A DNA stretch of 64,000 nt from an uncultured bacterium (GCA_963729625.1 CAVSOU010000008.1:768001-832000); one strand, 5' to 3'. Counted from the first letter of the stretch, positions 28,889 to 39,849 are shown. Notes: generated by a model not told the origin, from the sequence alone. Numbers and translations are program-made.

Positions 28889-29512
28889 GTGACCCGGCGC
28901 ATTTGGCTGAGAAGAGGGAAGGTTGCGACGGTGGGACAAAGGTCTGTATCTCTGGTCCGTTGGCTGATCGCGTGTGCGCTGCTCGCTACGGTCGCGGGAG
29001 TGGCCTGGCCTGGCGCGACGCAGTCCAGCGCGGCTGGCGCCGGCAAGGTCTATATGAATACGGCGTTGCACTACTCATTGACATATCCAACGGGATGGAC
29101 GCTCGACGCCAAGAAAGCGGCTAAGAGTATCGGCGCCATCGAAGGGACCATCAACTCGGTCGCTCTCGTCATTACCGCAGCGGACGATTCGGCCGTGTTC
29201 CAGGTCCTGGTGAAGACGACGGCGACAACGAATGCCACGATCACCGCGAATATCTCGGGGATGCTGAAAGAGGGCGCAAACTTGATCGGACCTGTCAAGT
29301 TTGGCACCGCGAAGGTCAAAGGCATTACGTACGTGTCGGGATGGGCTACAGAGAAGGCCAGCCCCACTCTGACCGCTTACGGCTACATCAACGGCGTGAG
29401 CCACGGCCGCTTCACATACTACGCGGGCGGCGCATACCTCTTGAAGCAGGCGAATTCGGCCGCCGACTACGCCGCAATGCAGAGTATTATGGGTAGCTTC
29501 ACGCTGCTCTGA
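28889..29512 (+). CDS. Secreted protein, PsbP/DcrB-like fold
   Basis: Signal peptide, HYSLTYPTGW motif, C-terminal IMGSFTL. Confidence 0.7.
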   Translation: MTRRIWLRRGKVATVGQRSVSLVRWLIACALLATVAGVAWPGATQSSAAGAGKVYMNTALHYSLTYPTGWTLDAKKAAKSIGAIEGTINSVALVITAADDSAVFQVLVKTTATTNATITANISGMLKEGANLIGPVKFGTAKVKGITYVSGWATEKASPTLTAYGYINGVSHGRFTYYAGGAYLLKQANSAADYAAMQSIMGSFTLL

Positions 29513-29555
29513 CGTGCCGCGGCACAGGCGCGTTCCGGCCGCAGGCAGTGGCTCT

Positions 29556-29594
29556 CCCACCGAAGACCCGCCCGAAGGGCGGGTCTTCGGTGGG
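29556..29594. terminator. Perfect GC-rich hairpin, probable terminator
   Basis: CCCACCGAAGACCCGCCC-GAA-GGGCGGGTCTTCGGTGGG (18-bp stem) ~45 nt after the stop; no U tract. Confidence 0.7.
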
Positions 29595-30021
29595 TCGTGA
29601 ATGGGAGCGTGGCTCTCACACGGGTGCCGATTGCCGCGCTTCTCGTATCGACGCGCCACGCGCCGGGGGCTTGACGGAGAGAGCTCCCTTGTGGGTCGGG
29701 GAGCGCCGGCGGGCAGGACAGAGCCGGTTGCGGACGGCCACCTCTTCACCCGGATTGATCCGGCGGCGAACCCTGCCATCCGCTTTCAAGCGGAGGCTCG
29801 TTGACTATTGCCAGGCCCAAGGTCGCACCTTGACTTTGGGCGATTACTGGTGAACCTCGGGCGCCGCCCATAAGGCATGGCAGAAGTAATGGCAGCCGCT
29901 CCAGCCGGTGCTGCTCGGCAGCAGCAGCACTAGGCCGAAACAGCGGCCGTATGTTACGGTGAAGAGCGTGCCTTCAGCGCGGATCCTCCGGGATCGGAGC
30001 GCCTCAGGTTGGGAGTACCGA

Positions 30022-30963
30022 ATGCAGCAGGAGATCACGCGGGAACAGGCATGGCCTTCGGGTCAACCGTCGCTGACCCATCGGTGGGAGGCAATCCCTC
30101 GAAGCACCATGCTTGGCCTGCTGATGGTCGTTCTAGCCTGGGTCGTGTCCTGGGGACAGCTTTACCCGTTCGCGCAGTTCTACTTCTTTCCCATCTGGCT
30201 GGGGTACATCCTGCTTGTGGATGGCATTGTGCTGGCGCGCCGAGGCGCATCGCTCCTCGAGCAGGGCACAGCCCAATTCGTCGCCCTCTTTGCTCTATCA
30301 GCCATGTGCTGGTGGATCTTCGAGGCGCTCAACTATCCTGTACAGAACTGGTTGTACCACGGCGTCAGCCAGTACACGTCACTCGAGTTCACTGCCTTCG
30401 CCACGCTTCCATTCAGTACCGTGTTGCCCGCGGTCCTGGAGACCGCGACGCTCGTGGGCTCCTTTGTGCCGGCGTCTCGCTACCGCGTTCTGACGAAGGC
30501 GCAACCCTCGAGGCGGCTTGTCGGCCTCCTCATGTTGCTTGGCGTCGGCGCATTTCTGGCGCCCTGGATCTGGCCCGACACGACCTATCCCTTCATCTGG
30601 ATCTCGCTCATCTTCATTCTGGAGCCAATCAACTGGCTGGCTGGCCGGCCTTCGATCTTCAGGCTGATGCGAACCGGAAGGATCGCGATGCTGTGCACGC
30701 TCTTCCTGGGCGGCATCACGTGTGGATTCTTCTGGGAGATGTGGAACTACTACTCCTACCCAAAGTGGTCGTACGTGTTGCCGAGCATCACCGCGCCAAA
30801 GCTGTTCGAGATGCCTTTACCCGGGTACCTTGGCTATCTGCCGTTCTCGCTCGAGCTGTATGCCGCGTATAACGTCGCCCTGCTGATTGCGGGCGCTACC
30901 AGCAGCTTCGAGCGCGTGATGCAACTGCCTCGGCACGTGAAACCCAGGAAATTGGCCGGCTAA
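30022..30963 (+). CDS. Conserved multi-pass membrane protein of unknown function
   Basis: About 8 TM segments; repeated motif WWIFEALN..VQNW.Y / GFFWEMWNY...KW.Y, and FEMPLPGYLGYLPF. Confidence 0.8.
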   Translation: MQQEITREQAWPSGQPSLTHRWEAIPRSTMLGLLMVVLAWVVSWGQLYPFAQFYFFPIWLGYILLVDGIVLARRGASLLEQGTAQFVALFALSAMCWWIFEALNYPVQNWLYHGVSQYTSLEFTAFATLPFSTVLPAVLETATLVGSFVPASRYRVLTKAQPSRRLVGLLMLLGVGAFLAPWIWPDTTYPFIWISLIFILEPINWLAGRPSIFRLMRTGRIAMLCTLFLGGITCGFFWEMWNYYSYPKWSYVLPSITAPKLFEMPLPGYLGYLPFSLELYAAYNVALLIAGATSSFERVMQLPRHVKPRKLAG

Positions 30964-31155
30964 GTCGACCGCGCCCAGCGCCTATCCACTCGTTATGCAC
31001 CAGATCGCAGTGTATAAGCCTATTTCACAACTCTTGACGCATAGTGTTACAATGGCGGCACATGGAAGGACACGCGGCCCGGTGGGCCAAGACACACCGC
31101 GGTAATTTTTCCACTCGCCGCGGACGGTCTGCCGGGCCCGGGTAAGCGACGTTTC

Positions 31156-31815
31156 GTGTCGCTGTTTGTTACCCCTCTCGTGCTGGGTTCCAGCTCCCCT
31201 CGCCGTCATCAGTTGCTGGGCTATCTCGGTGTTCCCTTCACGATCGATCCGAGCACTGTCGACGAGACGCCCCCTCCAGACACGCCACCCCCTGATGTGG
31301 CACGTATCCTGGCCGAGCGAAAGGCGGTCGACGTTGCGAGCAGGCACAGCGGATCAGTAGTGATCGGCGCCGATACGCTCGTCGACATGAACGGGCGAAT
31401 ACTCAACAAGCCCATCGATGGCGAGGATGCCGTGAATATGCTGCGCACGCTCTCCGGCGCAACCCATCTGGTGCACAGTGGTATCGCCGTGTGGCGAGCG
31501 GGACGCGTCATCAGCCGGGTTGTCTCGGCCAGCGTGACCATGCACCCGGCGACCGATGCCGCGATCCGTGCGTACGTCGCCGGTGGCGAGCCAATGGACA
31601 AGGCCGGGGCCTACGCCGCTCAGGGACGAGGCGCGGCTCTCATCGCGCGTGTTGACGGATCGTATCTCGCCGTCGTCGGCTTGCCGCTGCTGGCGCTGCG
31701 CTTGCTCTTGCTCGATGCCGGACTCCCGCTGGGTGCGGATACTGCTGTGCTGGAGCGCCTCGAGCGGGGCGAGCTCATCCCGCGGAGCGCCGGTAACCCG
31801 ACTCCGCTCAACTGA
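31156..31815 (+). CDS. maf: Maf family nucleoside triphosphate pyrophosphatase
   Basis: LGSSSPRR, IGADT, KP, EPMDKAGAY, VVGLP. Confidence 0.95.
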   Translation: MSLFVTPLVLGSSSPRRHQLLGYLGVPFTIDPSTVDETPPPDTPPPDVARILAERKAVDVASRHSGSVVIGADTLVDMNGRILNKPIDGEDAVNMLRTLSGATHLVHSGIAVWRAGRVISRVVSASVTMHPATDAAIRAYVAGGEPMDKAGAYAAQGRGAALIARVDGSYLAVVGLPLLALRLLLLDAGLPLGADTAVLERLERGELIPRSAGNPTPLN

Positions 31816-31988
31816 GCTATCCTGTTGCAGATGAGTCGCGGCCCCGGAGTCGAGGCGCTCAGTCGCCGCGACCGGCCCGGGACCGTGACCGCCGCGGTGG
31901 GCACGAGCCCGCCAGCGAAGCGCGGTGAGGGGACGCCTGATCGCCGTGTCATATACTTTGGCGCAGGTTGAGTTGGGAGAGCAGCAGG

Positions 31989-33392
31989 ATGGATTTCCAA
32001 CCGAGCACAATCATCGAGCCGTTTCGCATCAAGTCAATTGAGCCCATACATCCCACCACGCCCGAGCACCGACGCGCGGCGCTCGAAGCGGCGGGATTCA
32101 ACCTGTTTCTGCTCCATGCCGACGACGTAACAATCGACCTGCTCACCGATTCCGGTACAGGGGCAATGAGCTCCGCTCAGTGGGGCGGCATGCTGCAGGG
32201 CGACGAAAGCTACGCGGGCAGCAGATCGTTCTACAGATTGCAGGCCGCGGTCGAGCAGATCACTGGATTCAAGCACGTGATTCCCACGCACCAGGGACGC
32301 GCGGCTGAACGCATCCTGTTTGGCACTGTATGCAAGCCGGGGAATGTGGTACCAAGTAACTCGCACTTCGACACGACGCGCGCCAATATCGAGGTCGTGG
32401 GCGCCGAAGCGCGCGACCTGGTGATTGCCGAAGGCCGGCAGGCGTCCGTGCTGCATCCATTCAAGGGCAATATAGATCTGCATGCACTCGAAGACACGCT
32501 GCGGACGGTTGGACGGGAGTACATCCCGCTGTGCATGATCACGGTCACCAACAACGCGGGCGGTGGTCAGCCGGTGAGCATGGCAAATATACGCGCCGCG
32601 AGCGAATTGTGCCACTCATACGGGATCCCTTTCTTCATCGACGCGTGCCGATTCGCGGAGAACGCATGGTTCATCAAGCAGCGAGAGTCCGGTTACGCGG
32701 ACAAGTCACCGCAGGAGATCGCGCGAGAAATGTTCAGCCATGCCGACGGCTGCACCATGAGCGCAAAGAAAGACGGGATGTCGAACATCGGCGGCTTCCT
32801 GGCCCTGAACGATGACACGTGGGCCGAACGCGCAAAGAATCTGCTGATACTTTCGGAGGGCTTCCCCACGTACGGCGGGCTCGCCGGCTACGACATGGAA
32901 GCCATAGCCACCGGCCTCTTTGAGGCGCTTGAGGATGATTACCTGCGGTATCGCATTCGATCGATAGAGTATCTGGGGGACAGGCTGACCAGGAGTGGGA
33001 TACCGATCGTCCTGCCAACCGGTGGTCACGCCGTGTACATCGACGCCGCCGCCATGCTTCCACATATCCCGGCCCGCCTCTACCCGGCCCAAGCGCTCTG
33101 CGTCGCGCTCTACCAGGCGGCCGGTATTCGCAGCGTCGAGATCGGCAGCGTGATGTTCGGGAGACCCAAGCCGGATGGAACGGAGGAGCCGGCGCGGACA
33201 GAGCTGGTACGACTGGCGTTTCCGCGCCGCACGTATACGCAGAGTCACGTGGACTACGTTGGAGAGGCACTGGCGTATGTGGCGGAGCACCGCGAGCAGA
33301 TTCGCGGACTGCGCATTGTCTGGCAGGCGCCAATGCTCAGGCACTTCACCGTGCGCCTTGCACTCGCGGCCGGGGAGGCGGGAGGCGTGTGA
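31989..33392 (+). CDS. tnaA: Tryptophanase (beta-eliminating lyase; tyrosine phenol-lyase not excluded)
   Basis: EPFRIK, IDLLTDSGT, GDESYAGS, THQGRAAE, HFDTT, MSAKKD (PLP Lys), EGFPTYGGL. Confidence 0.88.
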   Translation: MDFQPSTIIEPFRIKSIEPIHPTTPEHRRAALEAAGFNLFLLHADDVTIDLLTDSGTGAMSSAQWGGMLQGDESYAGSRSFYRLQAAVEQITGFKHVIPTHQGRAAERILFGTVCKPGNVVPSNSHFDTTRANIEVVGAEARDLVIAEGRQASVLHPFKGNIDLHALEDTLRTVGREYIPLCMITVTNNAGGGQPVSMANIRAASELCHSYGIPFFIDACRFAENAWFIKQRESGYADKSPQEIAREMFSHADGCTMSAKKDGMSNIGGFLALNDDTWAERAKNLLILSEGFPTYGGLAGYDMEAIATGLFEALEDDYLRYRIRSIEYLGDRLTRSGIPIVLPTGGHAVYIDAAAMLPHIPARLYPAQALCVALYQAAGIRSVEIGSVMFGRPKPDGTEEPARTELVRLAFPRRTYTQSHVDYVGEALAYVAEHREQIRGLRIVWQAPMLRHFTVRLALAAGEAGGV

Positions 33393-33592
33393 GCAGCCTG
33401 GCTCGCGTGGTGATGCACACGCTCGCTTCAGGGCACTCACCCCAAGGGTGGGCGTCGTGGGTCGCGCCTTCACATTGCCTCTGCCGCCGCGTACTGTGAG
33501 AGGGAGCGCGTGTGACCGATGACCTGCTCGTCGGGCCACAGTATCATTTGCTGAGGGGGCTCGTAGATGTGCCATAGTGCCGCGCGGGCGCC

Positions 33593-33841
33593 GTGCAGAA
33601 CGAACGCGTGCTCTTCAAGGAACACAGTATCGTGACATCGCTGGATCGGAAGTTCGTCGAGGACTTTGAACGGCTCATGCAGGAGGTTGAGCAGGTAATT
33701 CAGGAGTTTCCGCCTGAAATGCACCCGGCACTGCGCGACGAGGCGCGCGTGACCTTCCGTCTGGAGCTCCAAAGGCGCTGGGAAGAGTTGCAGGTGCGGC
33801 TTGAAGGCATGCGCGGCGACTCTTCAGGGCCCGCGGGCTAA
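33593..33841 (+). CDS. Small helical hypothetical protein
   Basis: Amphipathic E/R-rich sequence with GC3-rich codons; start uncertain. Confidence 0.5.
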   Translation: MQNERVLFKEHSIVTSLDRKFVEDFERLMQEVEQVIQEFPPEMHPALRDEARVTFRLELQRRWEELQVRLEGMRGDSSGPAG

Positions 33842-33989
33842 ACGAGCTTTTTGGGCTCAACCAGGTCGCGATTGCGAACAGTCATGGTATGGTGGAATCG
33901 CGGCAACCGCTAGTTCCCGCCTCGATACGTCCCCCCTCTGTCCCGCGAACAACGACCGGGCATGTAGTCGGAGCACCACGACCACGTGC

Positions 33990-34922
33990 TCAGGCAGGCA
34001 TGGCCCCTCGCGCCAGCAGAGCGCCAACCCGTTCGGCGCTGAGCGCGCCGGTGCCGCCGACATGCGCGGCGGTGAGCGCGCCGCATGCATTGCCCCGCAA
34101 CACACAGGCAGCAAGATTGTCGCCGGCCATCCACCCGTTCAGGAACCCGGCGTCGAAGGCATCGCCTGCGCCTGTCGTGTCGCGGGCGCTCACGGCAAAG
34201 CCGGGCACGAACACACGTTCGTCTCCATGCGCAGCCCACGCGCCATCGGCTCCGCACTTGATGGCGACCACCGGCACCAGCCCTGCGAGACGGGACAGAG
34301 CGTCCTCGACATCTACAGCGCCACTGATTGCGAGCGCTTCAACATGGTTCGGCAAGAAGATATCGACTTGCTCGAGCAACTCGCCGATCTTCCATTGTTC
34401 GGCCGGGTCGTGGCCCGTGTCGACCGAGGTAGTGAGGCCCAGCCCATGCGCGTGCCTGAGTAGCGCCGGAACGTCTGGTTGCAGGCCCACTTGCAGGAAA
34501 TAGGAGGACAGATGCAGGTGGCGGGCCCTTGCGATCACGTCGGCACGAATATGTGGAAGGCCAAATCTGGCCATGGCGCCTGGAAAGGTGAGGAAGGCAC
34601 GATCATGCTCCCCCGAGAGCGCCACGGTAGCGCCGGTTCGTGTCTTGCTGTCAACGACTACGCCGGCACGATCGATGCGGTGGCCCTCCAGGTGCTCGAG
34701 CATGTAGTGTCCGAACGGATCATCTCCGACCATGCCGCAGACGCCGACGCGCATATCAAGATCGGCCAGGCCCGTAGCGGTCAAGACCCCGCTGGAGCCT
34801 GCGGTCAGGACGACGTCGCTGACGGTGCGCTCCGCGCCAAATCGGGGCGGTCCATCCACACCGGCGACGACAATGTCTACGTTGACTTCGCAGACTACCA
34901 CGATGTCGAGATCCTTGCTCAT
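33990..34922 (-). CDS. PfkB family carbohydrate kinase
   Basis: VGDDPFG, FLPN..E, DTTGAGDAFDAG. Confidence 0.93.
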   Translation of the reverse strand: MSKDLDIVVVCEVNVDIVVAGVDGPPRFGAERTVSDVVLTAGSSGVLTATGLADLDMRVGVCGMVGDDPFGHYMLEHLEGHRIDRAGVVVDSKTRTGATVALSGEHDRAFLTFPGAMARFGLPHIRADVIARARHLHLSSYFLQVGLQPDVPALLRHAHGLGLTTSVDTGHDPAEQWKIGELLEQVDIFLPNHVEALAISGAVDVEDALSRLAGLVPVVAIKCGADGAWAAHGDERVFVPGFAVSARDTTGAGDAFDAGFLNGWMAGDNLAACVLRGNACGALTAAHVGGTGALSAERVGALLARGAMPA

Positions 34923-35234
34923 GTTCACTCCAGGTGCCACGAGATGCCGCAATGCCCGGTCGCGCCACGGGCCACGCCGAAACTTTGATACAGATCGTAA
35001 CTATCTCCCGCTATAGTACGGCAGGCCGTGCCCAGAGCACAACTGCCCGTCCGCTGCGGAACGTTTGAAGGATGCCGCGCGGCGCGCGCCGTGGCGCTCT
35101 GCAATCGCAGTGACCTGTACATGCGCGGCGCGATCCTCGGCCCGACTGGTTCCATCGACGGCGGGCGGACAGCGGGCGTGGTCGAGGCGCTGCCCGGCCG
35201 CGCAGAATCGAGAGCATTCGGGCGCGGCGTGTGG

Positions 35235-35263
35235 TTGACTCTGCTCGATACGGCGCATATGCT
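35235..35263 (+). promoter_or_regulatory. Sigma70-type promoter of the sugar ABC operon
   Basis: TTGACT-N17-TATGCT. Confidence 0.55.
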
Positions 35264-35340
35264 GGTGCTGCGCAATACGTTGGTGGTTGCCGCGGCACCA
35301 TGCCATCCGCGGCGTCGAGTCTCGCAAGGAGGTCTCGCAG

Positions 35341-36669
35341 ATGGTCCCCGTCCGTTCCCGAGCCGCCCGCGTGGCCATGGCAAGCGTTGTCCTGCTCTTG
35401 GCAGTTGCAGTGCCAGTCGACGTGAGAGCACAGCGGAGCACCAGCCCAATCACCATCTCTTATGGGCGCTGGGGGACTGCCGACGAGATCGCGGCCGGCA
35501 GGGTCCTGCTTTCCGCATTCCAGCAAGCGAATCCCGGCATCCGCGTAAGCCAGCAGGTGGCCGACTGGACCACGTACTGGACCAAGTTGCCGACGCAGAT
35601 GGCGGCGCACCAAGCGCCCGACGCATTTCTCCTCGACCCCGGTTACTACCAGGTTCACTATGCGCAGAGCGGGCGACTCGTGCCGCTGGACGATCTCATC
35701 GCTCGCGATCACATCGATATGAGCCAGTTCTGGCCGGAAGAGCTGCCAACGTTCAAGTACGACCGCCACTACTACGAGTTGCCTCGCGACATCTCGATTA
35801 ACATGCTGCTGTGGAATAAGACGTTGTTCGCGAAGGCCGGGATCGCGCGCGCGCCGTCCAGCTGGCAGGAGTTGCTCGCCGACGGGCTGAAGCTGACGCT
35901 GGACAACAAGGGCAAGAGCGCCACTCAGCCGGGGTTCGATTCCAGCCATATCGTGCAATGGGGCTACGGCAGCATCGAGTATCTGGACGGTATTGTCGAG
36001 CCGCTGATGACCGAGATGGGCGGCCATCTCTGGAGCCAACCAGAGACTGGAAACAACGTGCAGTGCCTGATCGACTCGCCGCAGGGCAGGCAGGCCGTGC
36101 AGTTCCTCGTCGACCTGATCTACAAGTACCACGCCTCGCCCACCACCACCGAAACTGGGCATTACCAGAACATCTTCGCCTCGGGCAAGGTTGCGATGTA
36201 TATTGACGGCACCTTCGACCTGCCGGTCTATCAGGCCATTCATAACTTCCAATGGGATATTGCAGCCTTTCCGTCATGGAACGGCGTGCGCGCCTCAATG
36301 GCGCAGGGCGTCGGCAACGCCATCAACGCCGATTCATCGAACAAGGCCGCAGCCTGGGCATTGGTGAAGTGGCTTTCCAGCTCTGCCGGGCAGGGCGTAA
36401 TGTCCGCGAATGGCCTCAATATCCCGTCGATTCGGACCCTGGCAGAGTCGGCGGCGTTTCTGAAAGGCAAGCCCTCTGGCATGAGGTCGGTCGTGAGCTC
36501 GATCACCGTCGGCGTTCCCTATCTTGACTTCACGTACAAGCAGGACGCGTTCACGTATGTCGATACCGAGCTGACCAATCAGGTGTTCACCGGCCACGAA
36601 AGCGTGGCGAGCGGGCTACAAAAGGCAGCCGACGGCGCGAACAAGATCTTGCGTGGACGCCATGTCTAG
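35341..36669 (+). CDS. Sugar ABC transporter substrate-binding protein
   Basis: Signal peptide; APDAF, LWNKTLF, SWQEL, FASGKVAM, AAWALVKWL; AGGAGG RBS. Confidence 0.92.
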   Translation: MVPVRSRAARVAMASVVLLLAVAVPVDVRAQRSTSPITISYGRWGTADEIAAGRVLLSAFQQANPGIRVSQQVADWTTYWTKLPTQMAAHQAPDAFLLDPGYYQVHYAQSGRLVPLDDLIARDHIDMSQFWPEELPTFKYDRHYYELPRDISINMLLWNKTLFAKAGIARAPSSWQELLADGLKLTLDNKGKSATQPGFDSSHIVQWGYGSIEYLDGIVEPLMTEMGGHLWSQPETGNNVQCLIDSPQGRQAVQFLVDLIYKYHASPTTTETGHYQNIFASGKVAMYIDGTFDLPVYQAIHNFQWDIAAFPSWNGVRASMAQGVGNAINADSSNKAAAWALVKWLSSSAGQGVMSANGLNIPSIRTLAESAAFLKGKPSGMRSVVSSITVGVPYLDFTYKQDAFTYVDTELTNQVFTGHESVASGLQKAADGANKILRGRHV

Positions 36670-36704
36670 ACCCTGCCGACAATGAACGGCATGGGGAGTG
36701 CGGG

Positions 36705-37631
36705 ATGAGGTCTAGGCAGACACGGCCTCGCGTGAGTACGGCGCGGCGCCGCGAGACCTTGGCGTTCTATGCCTTTGCCTCCCCCTGGCTGCTGGGGTTG
36801 GTCATCTGGACACTGGGGCCTATGGTGGCCTCGCTCTACCTCAGTTTCACGAACTACGATCTCTTCGATACGCCGCAGTGGATTGGCTGGCAGAACTACA
36901 GCGACCTGCTGACGAGCGACGATGCATTCCGCTCAGCGCTCCTCAACACCTTCTACTTCGTGGTCGTGGGGCTGCCCATTAGCCTCATCGTGTCGCTCGC
37001 CACTGCGCTGCTCCTCAACGAGCGGCTGCGCGGTATCGTCTTCTTCCGAGCACTCTACTACGTTCCAAGTCTGGTACCGTCGGTGGCCAGCGGCGTGCTC
37101 TGGATCACACTCTTCGATCCGCAATACGGCATTCTCGATGGCGCCCTGCGATTCCTTCACCTGCCCAGCGTGGATTGGCTGACCGACCCCATGTGGATCA
37201 AGCCGGCGATCATTATCACGCTTGTGTGGGGCATGGGCAGCGGGATGATCATCTATCTGGCCGGTCTACAGAATGTTCCCGAGCAGTTTTACGAGGCAGC
37301 CAAGATCGATGGCGCGGGTGCGTTCGGTCGCTTTCGCCACGTGACGCTCCCACTGCTGACGCCGACGATCCTTTTTCAGGTAGTCATGGGTCTGATCGGC
37401 TACTTCCAGTTGTTCGACCAAATCTACGTGCTCACGACGAATCGACCGGACGACAATTCCATGACGTTCATGTATTACCTCTTCCGAACCGCGTTTGGCA
37501 GCGAAAGCAACGAGATGGGCTACGCCTCGGCGCAGGCCTGGGTCTTCTTCGTGATCGTCATGGTGTGCACAGCAATGGTGTTCAAGTCGTCGGCCCGATG
37601 GGTCTTCTACGAGAGGGGTGCGAACGAGTGA
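36705..37631 (+). CDS. Sugar ABC transporter permease
   Basis: EAA motif YEAAKIDGA...FRHVTLP; TM helices. Confidence 0.95.
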   Translation: MRSRQTRPRVSTARRRETLAFYAFASPWLLGLVIWTLGPMVASLYLSFTNYDLFDTPQWIGWQNYSDLLTSDDAFRSALLNTFYFVVVGLPISLIVSLATALLLNERLRGIVFFRALYYVPSLVPSVASGVLWITLFDPQYGILDGALRFLHLPSVDWLTDPMWIKPAIIITLVWGMGSGMIIYLAGLQNVPEQFYEAAKIDGAGAFGRFRHVTLPLLTPTILFQVVMGLIGYFQLFDQIYVLTTNRPDDNSMTFMYYLFRTAFGSESNEMGYASAQAWVFFVIVMVCTAMVFKSSARWVFYERGANE

Positions 37632-38524
37632 GCGCCGCACACGTTGTTGGCGCCGCGGCCGGCCCGTCCAACCGCCCGGCACGGAGCCGGCGCTGGAGAC
37701 GTTCGGCCTTGCACTACGTGCTGCTGGGCCTGGGCGGGCTGGTCTTTGGGCTTCCGTTCTATTGGCTGATAATCGGCTCGCTGAAGAATCAAGCCGAATA
37801 CAATCAGTTTCCGCCCACGCTCTGGCCACATAGCCCCGCCTGGGACAACTATCGCACGCTGTTCGAGGCGCTGCCCTTTGGACGATTCCTGCTCAACAGC
37901 GCCATTATCTCCTGCTCGGTGGTCGTTGGCATAGTGGGGTCCTCGGCGGTAGTTGCTTTCGCTTTTGCCCGATTGCGCGCTCCAGGTCGCCGCATATGGT
38001 TCGCGATCTTGCTGGGCACGATCATCCTTCCCGCGCAGATCACGATCGTGCCCACGTTTGTGCTGTTTTCCAAGCTTGGATGGCTCAATAGCTTCAAGCC
38101 GCTCATCGTGCCGAACTTCTTTGGCGACGCGTTTTCAATCTTCCTCATACGCCAGTTCTTCCAGGGCATCCCGCGCGACCTCGACGAAGCCGCGACGCTT
38201 GACGGCTGTGGCTACGCCAGGATCTTCTGGCACGTCTTCGTGCCGAATTCCTGGCCAGTACTGGCGACAGTGGGCATCTTTGCATTCATCAACACGTGGA
38301 GCGACTTCTTTGCACCGCTGATTTACCTCAACGATTTCGACAAGATGACGTCTTCGGTCGGGCTGGCATTCCTGAACACGCAGCATGGCAGCGGCTCCAC
38401 GGCGCTGACGGTGCAGGTGATGCTTGCCGGGTCGCTCGTTGTCATGCTCCCGATGCTGGCAGTGTTTATTCTGCTTCAGCGCTACTTTGTGCAGGCGATT
38501 ACACTCAGTGGGATAAAGGGCTAA
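37628..38524 (+). CDS. Sugar ABC transporter permease
   Basis: LDEAATLDGC EAA motif, WSDF; GTG overlaps the upstream TGA. Confidence 0.95.
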   Translation: MSAAHVVGAAAGPSNRPARSRRWRRSALHYVLLGLGGLVFGLPFYWLIIGSLKNQAEYNQFPPTLWPHSPAWDNYRTLFEALPFGRFLLNSAIISCSVVVGIVGSSAVVAFAFARLRAPGRRIWFAILLGTIILPAQITIVPTFVLFSKLGWLNSFKPLIVPNFFGDAFSIFLIRQFFQGIPRDLDEAATLDGCGYARIFWHVFVPNSWPVLATVGIFAFINTWSDFFAPLIYLNDFDKMTSSVGLAFLNTQHGSGSTALTVQVMLAGSLVVMLPMLAVFILLQRYFVQAITLSGIKG

Positions 38525-38538
38525 TGAAGGAGACGGAC

Positions 38539-39849
38539 ATGGAGAAAGCACCAAAGATAGCATTCGTAGGCGCCGGCAGTGCCGTGTTTGCGCGTGAGGT
38601 CATTACCGACCTGCTGATGATCGATGGTCTGGACGCAGGTACGCTAGCGCTCGTCGACGTCGATTCGGAGCGGCTCGAGCTGGCGCAGCGGATCGTCGAA
38701 CGCCTCGTGGATCTCGGTGGAAAACGCTGGAGCGTGGTTGCCTCGACCGACAGGACACAGGTGATCGCGGACAGCGACTTCATGATCAATAGCATCGAGG
38801 TCGCGGGTTTGGCCAATGTACGGCATGACTACGATATCCCGCTTAAATACGGCGTCGATCAGTGCATCGGCGACACCATTGGGCCCGGCGGTATCTTCAA
38901 GGCGCTCCGGACCGGCGCGGCGTGGCTCGATATCCTTCGGGATGCCGAGAAGCTCTGCCCGGAAGCGCTGGTGATGAACTTTGCCAACCCCATGCAGATC
39001 CTGACGTTGGTTGCCTTGAGCGGAACACAGATGAACACGGTCGGCCTGTGTCACAGTATTCAGGGCACCAGCGCCGATCTGGCCGGGTACCTGGAGATTC
39101 CGGCCAGAGAGCTGGAGTTCCGCTGCGCCGGGCTCAACCATAACGCGTGGTTCACCGAGCTTCGCAGAGCAGGCGAAGACCTGTATCCGCGGCTGCGCGA
39201 GCGGGCCGAACTCCCAGAGGTGTATGAGCAAGATCCCATTCGCTTTGAGATGTTGAAGTACTTCGGCTACTTCGTGACTGAAAGCAGTGGTCACTTCTCG
39301 GAGTATGTGCCGTATTTCCGCAAACGTCCGGATCTGGTGAAGAAGTACGCGCGCGCCGGCTACCGAGGCGAGAGCGGGTTCTACGCCGATAATTGGCCCG
39401 CGTGGCGGCGAGAGAACGACGACGACATCCGGGCCATGCTGGCGGGCACTCGCGCGATCCCGCTGGAACGCAGCGAAGAATACGCCGCCGGGGTCGTCGA
39501 GGCGATTCTGTTCAATCGCCAGACCACGATCTACGGCAACGTACGCAACACCGGGTTGATCGGCAATCTGCCAGATGGTTGCGTGGAGGTGGCCTGCATG
39601 GTCGATGCGACCGGCGTGCATCCATGCTACTTCGGGACATTGCCGGAGCAGGTTGCCGCGCTGAATCGGGCGCACATGGCCGTGCATACGCTGGTGGCCG
39701 AGGCCATCCTGCGACGCGATCGCCAGGCTGCGGAGTATGCGCTGCTGCTGGACCCGCTTACAGCCGCCGTTTGCTCGCCCGCGGAGATCCACGCGCTCTT
39801 TGACGAGCTGTGGGAGGCAGAAGCACCGTACCTGGAATGGTTCTTATAG
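38539..39849 (+). CDS. melA: GH4 family alpha-galactosidase/alpha-glucosidase
   Basis: GAGS..F, GDTIGPGG, NFANP, GLCHS, AGLNH, TESSGHFSEY. Confidence 0.9.
   Translation: MEKAPKIAFVGAGSAVFAREVITDLLMIDGLDAGTLALVDVDSERLELAQRIVERLVDLGGKRWSVVASTDRTQVIADSDFMINSIEVAGLANVRHDYDIPLKYGVDQCIGDTIGPGGIFKALRTGAAWLDILRDAEKLCPEALVMNFANPMQILTLVALSGTQMNTVGLCHSIQGTSADLAGYLEIPARELEFRCAGLNHNAWFTELRRAGEDLYPRLRERAELPEVYEQDPIRFEMLKYFGYFVTESSGHFSEYVPYFRKRPDLVKKYARAGYRGESGFYADNWPAWRRENDDDIRAMLAGTRAIPLERSEEYAAGVVEAILFNRQTTIYGNVRNTGLIGNLPDGCVEVACMVDATGVHPCYFGTLPEQVAALNRAHMAVHTLVAEAILRRDRQAAEYALLLDPLTAAVCSPAEIHALFDELWEAEAPYLEWFL

Noticed and set aside
29676-29725. GGAGA-stem-CGCCG resembling a glycine riboswitch
   Set aside because: No CCGAAG and no CTCTCAGG; the downstream gene is not glycine-related.
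31816-31988. tnaC-like leader peptide before tryptophanase
   Set aside because: No short Trp-containing ORF ending in Pro-stop is evident.
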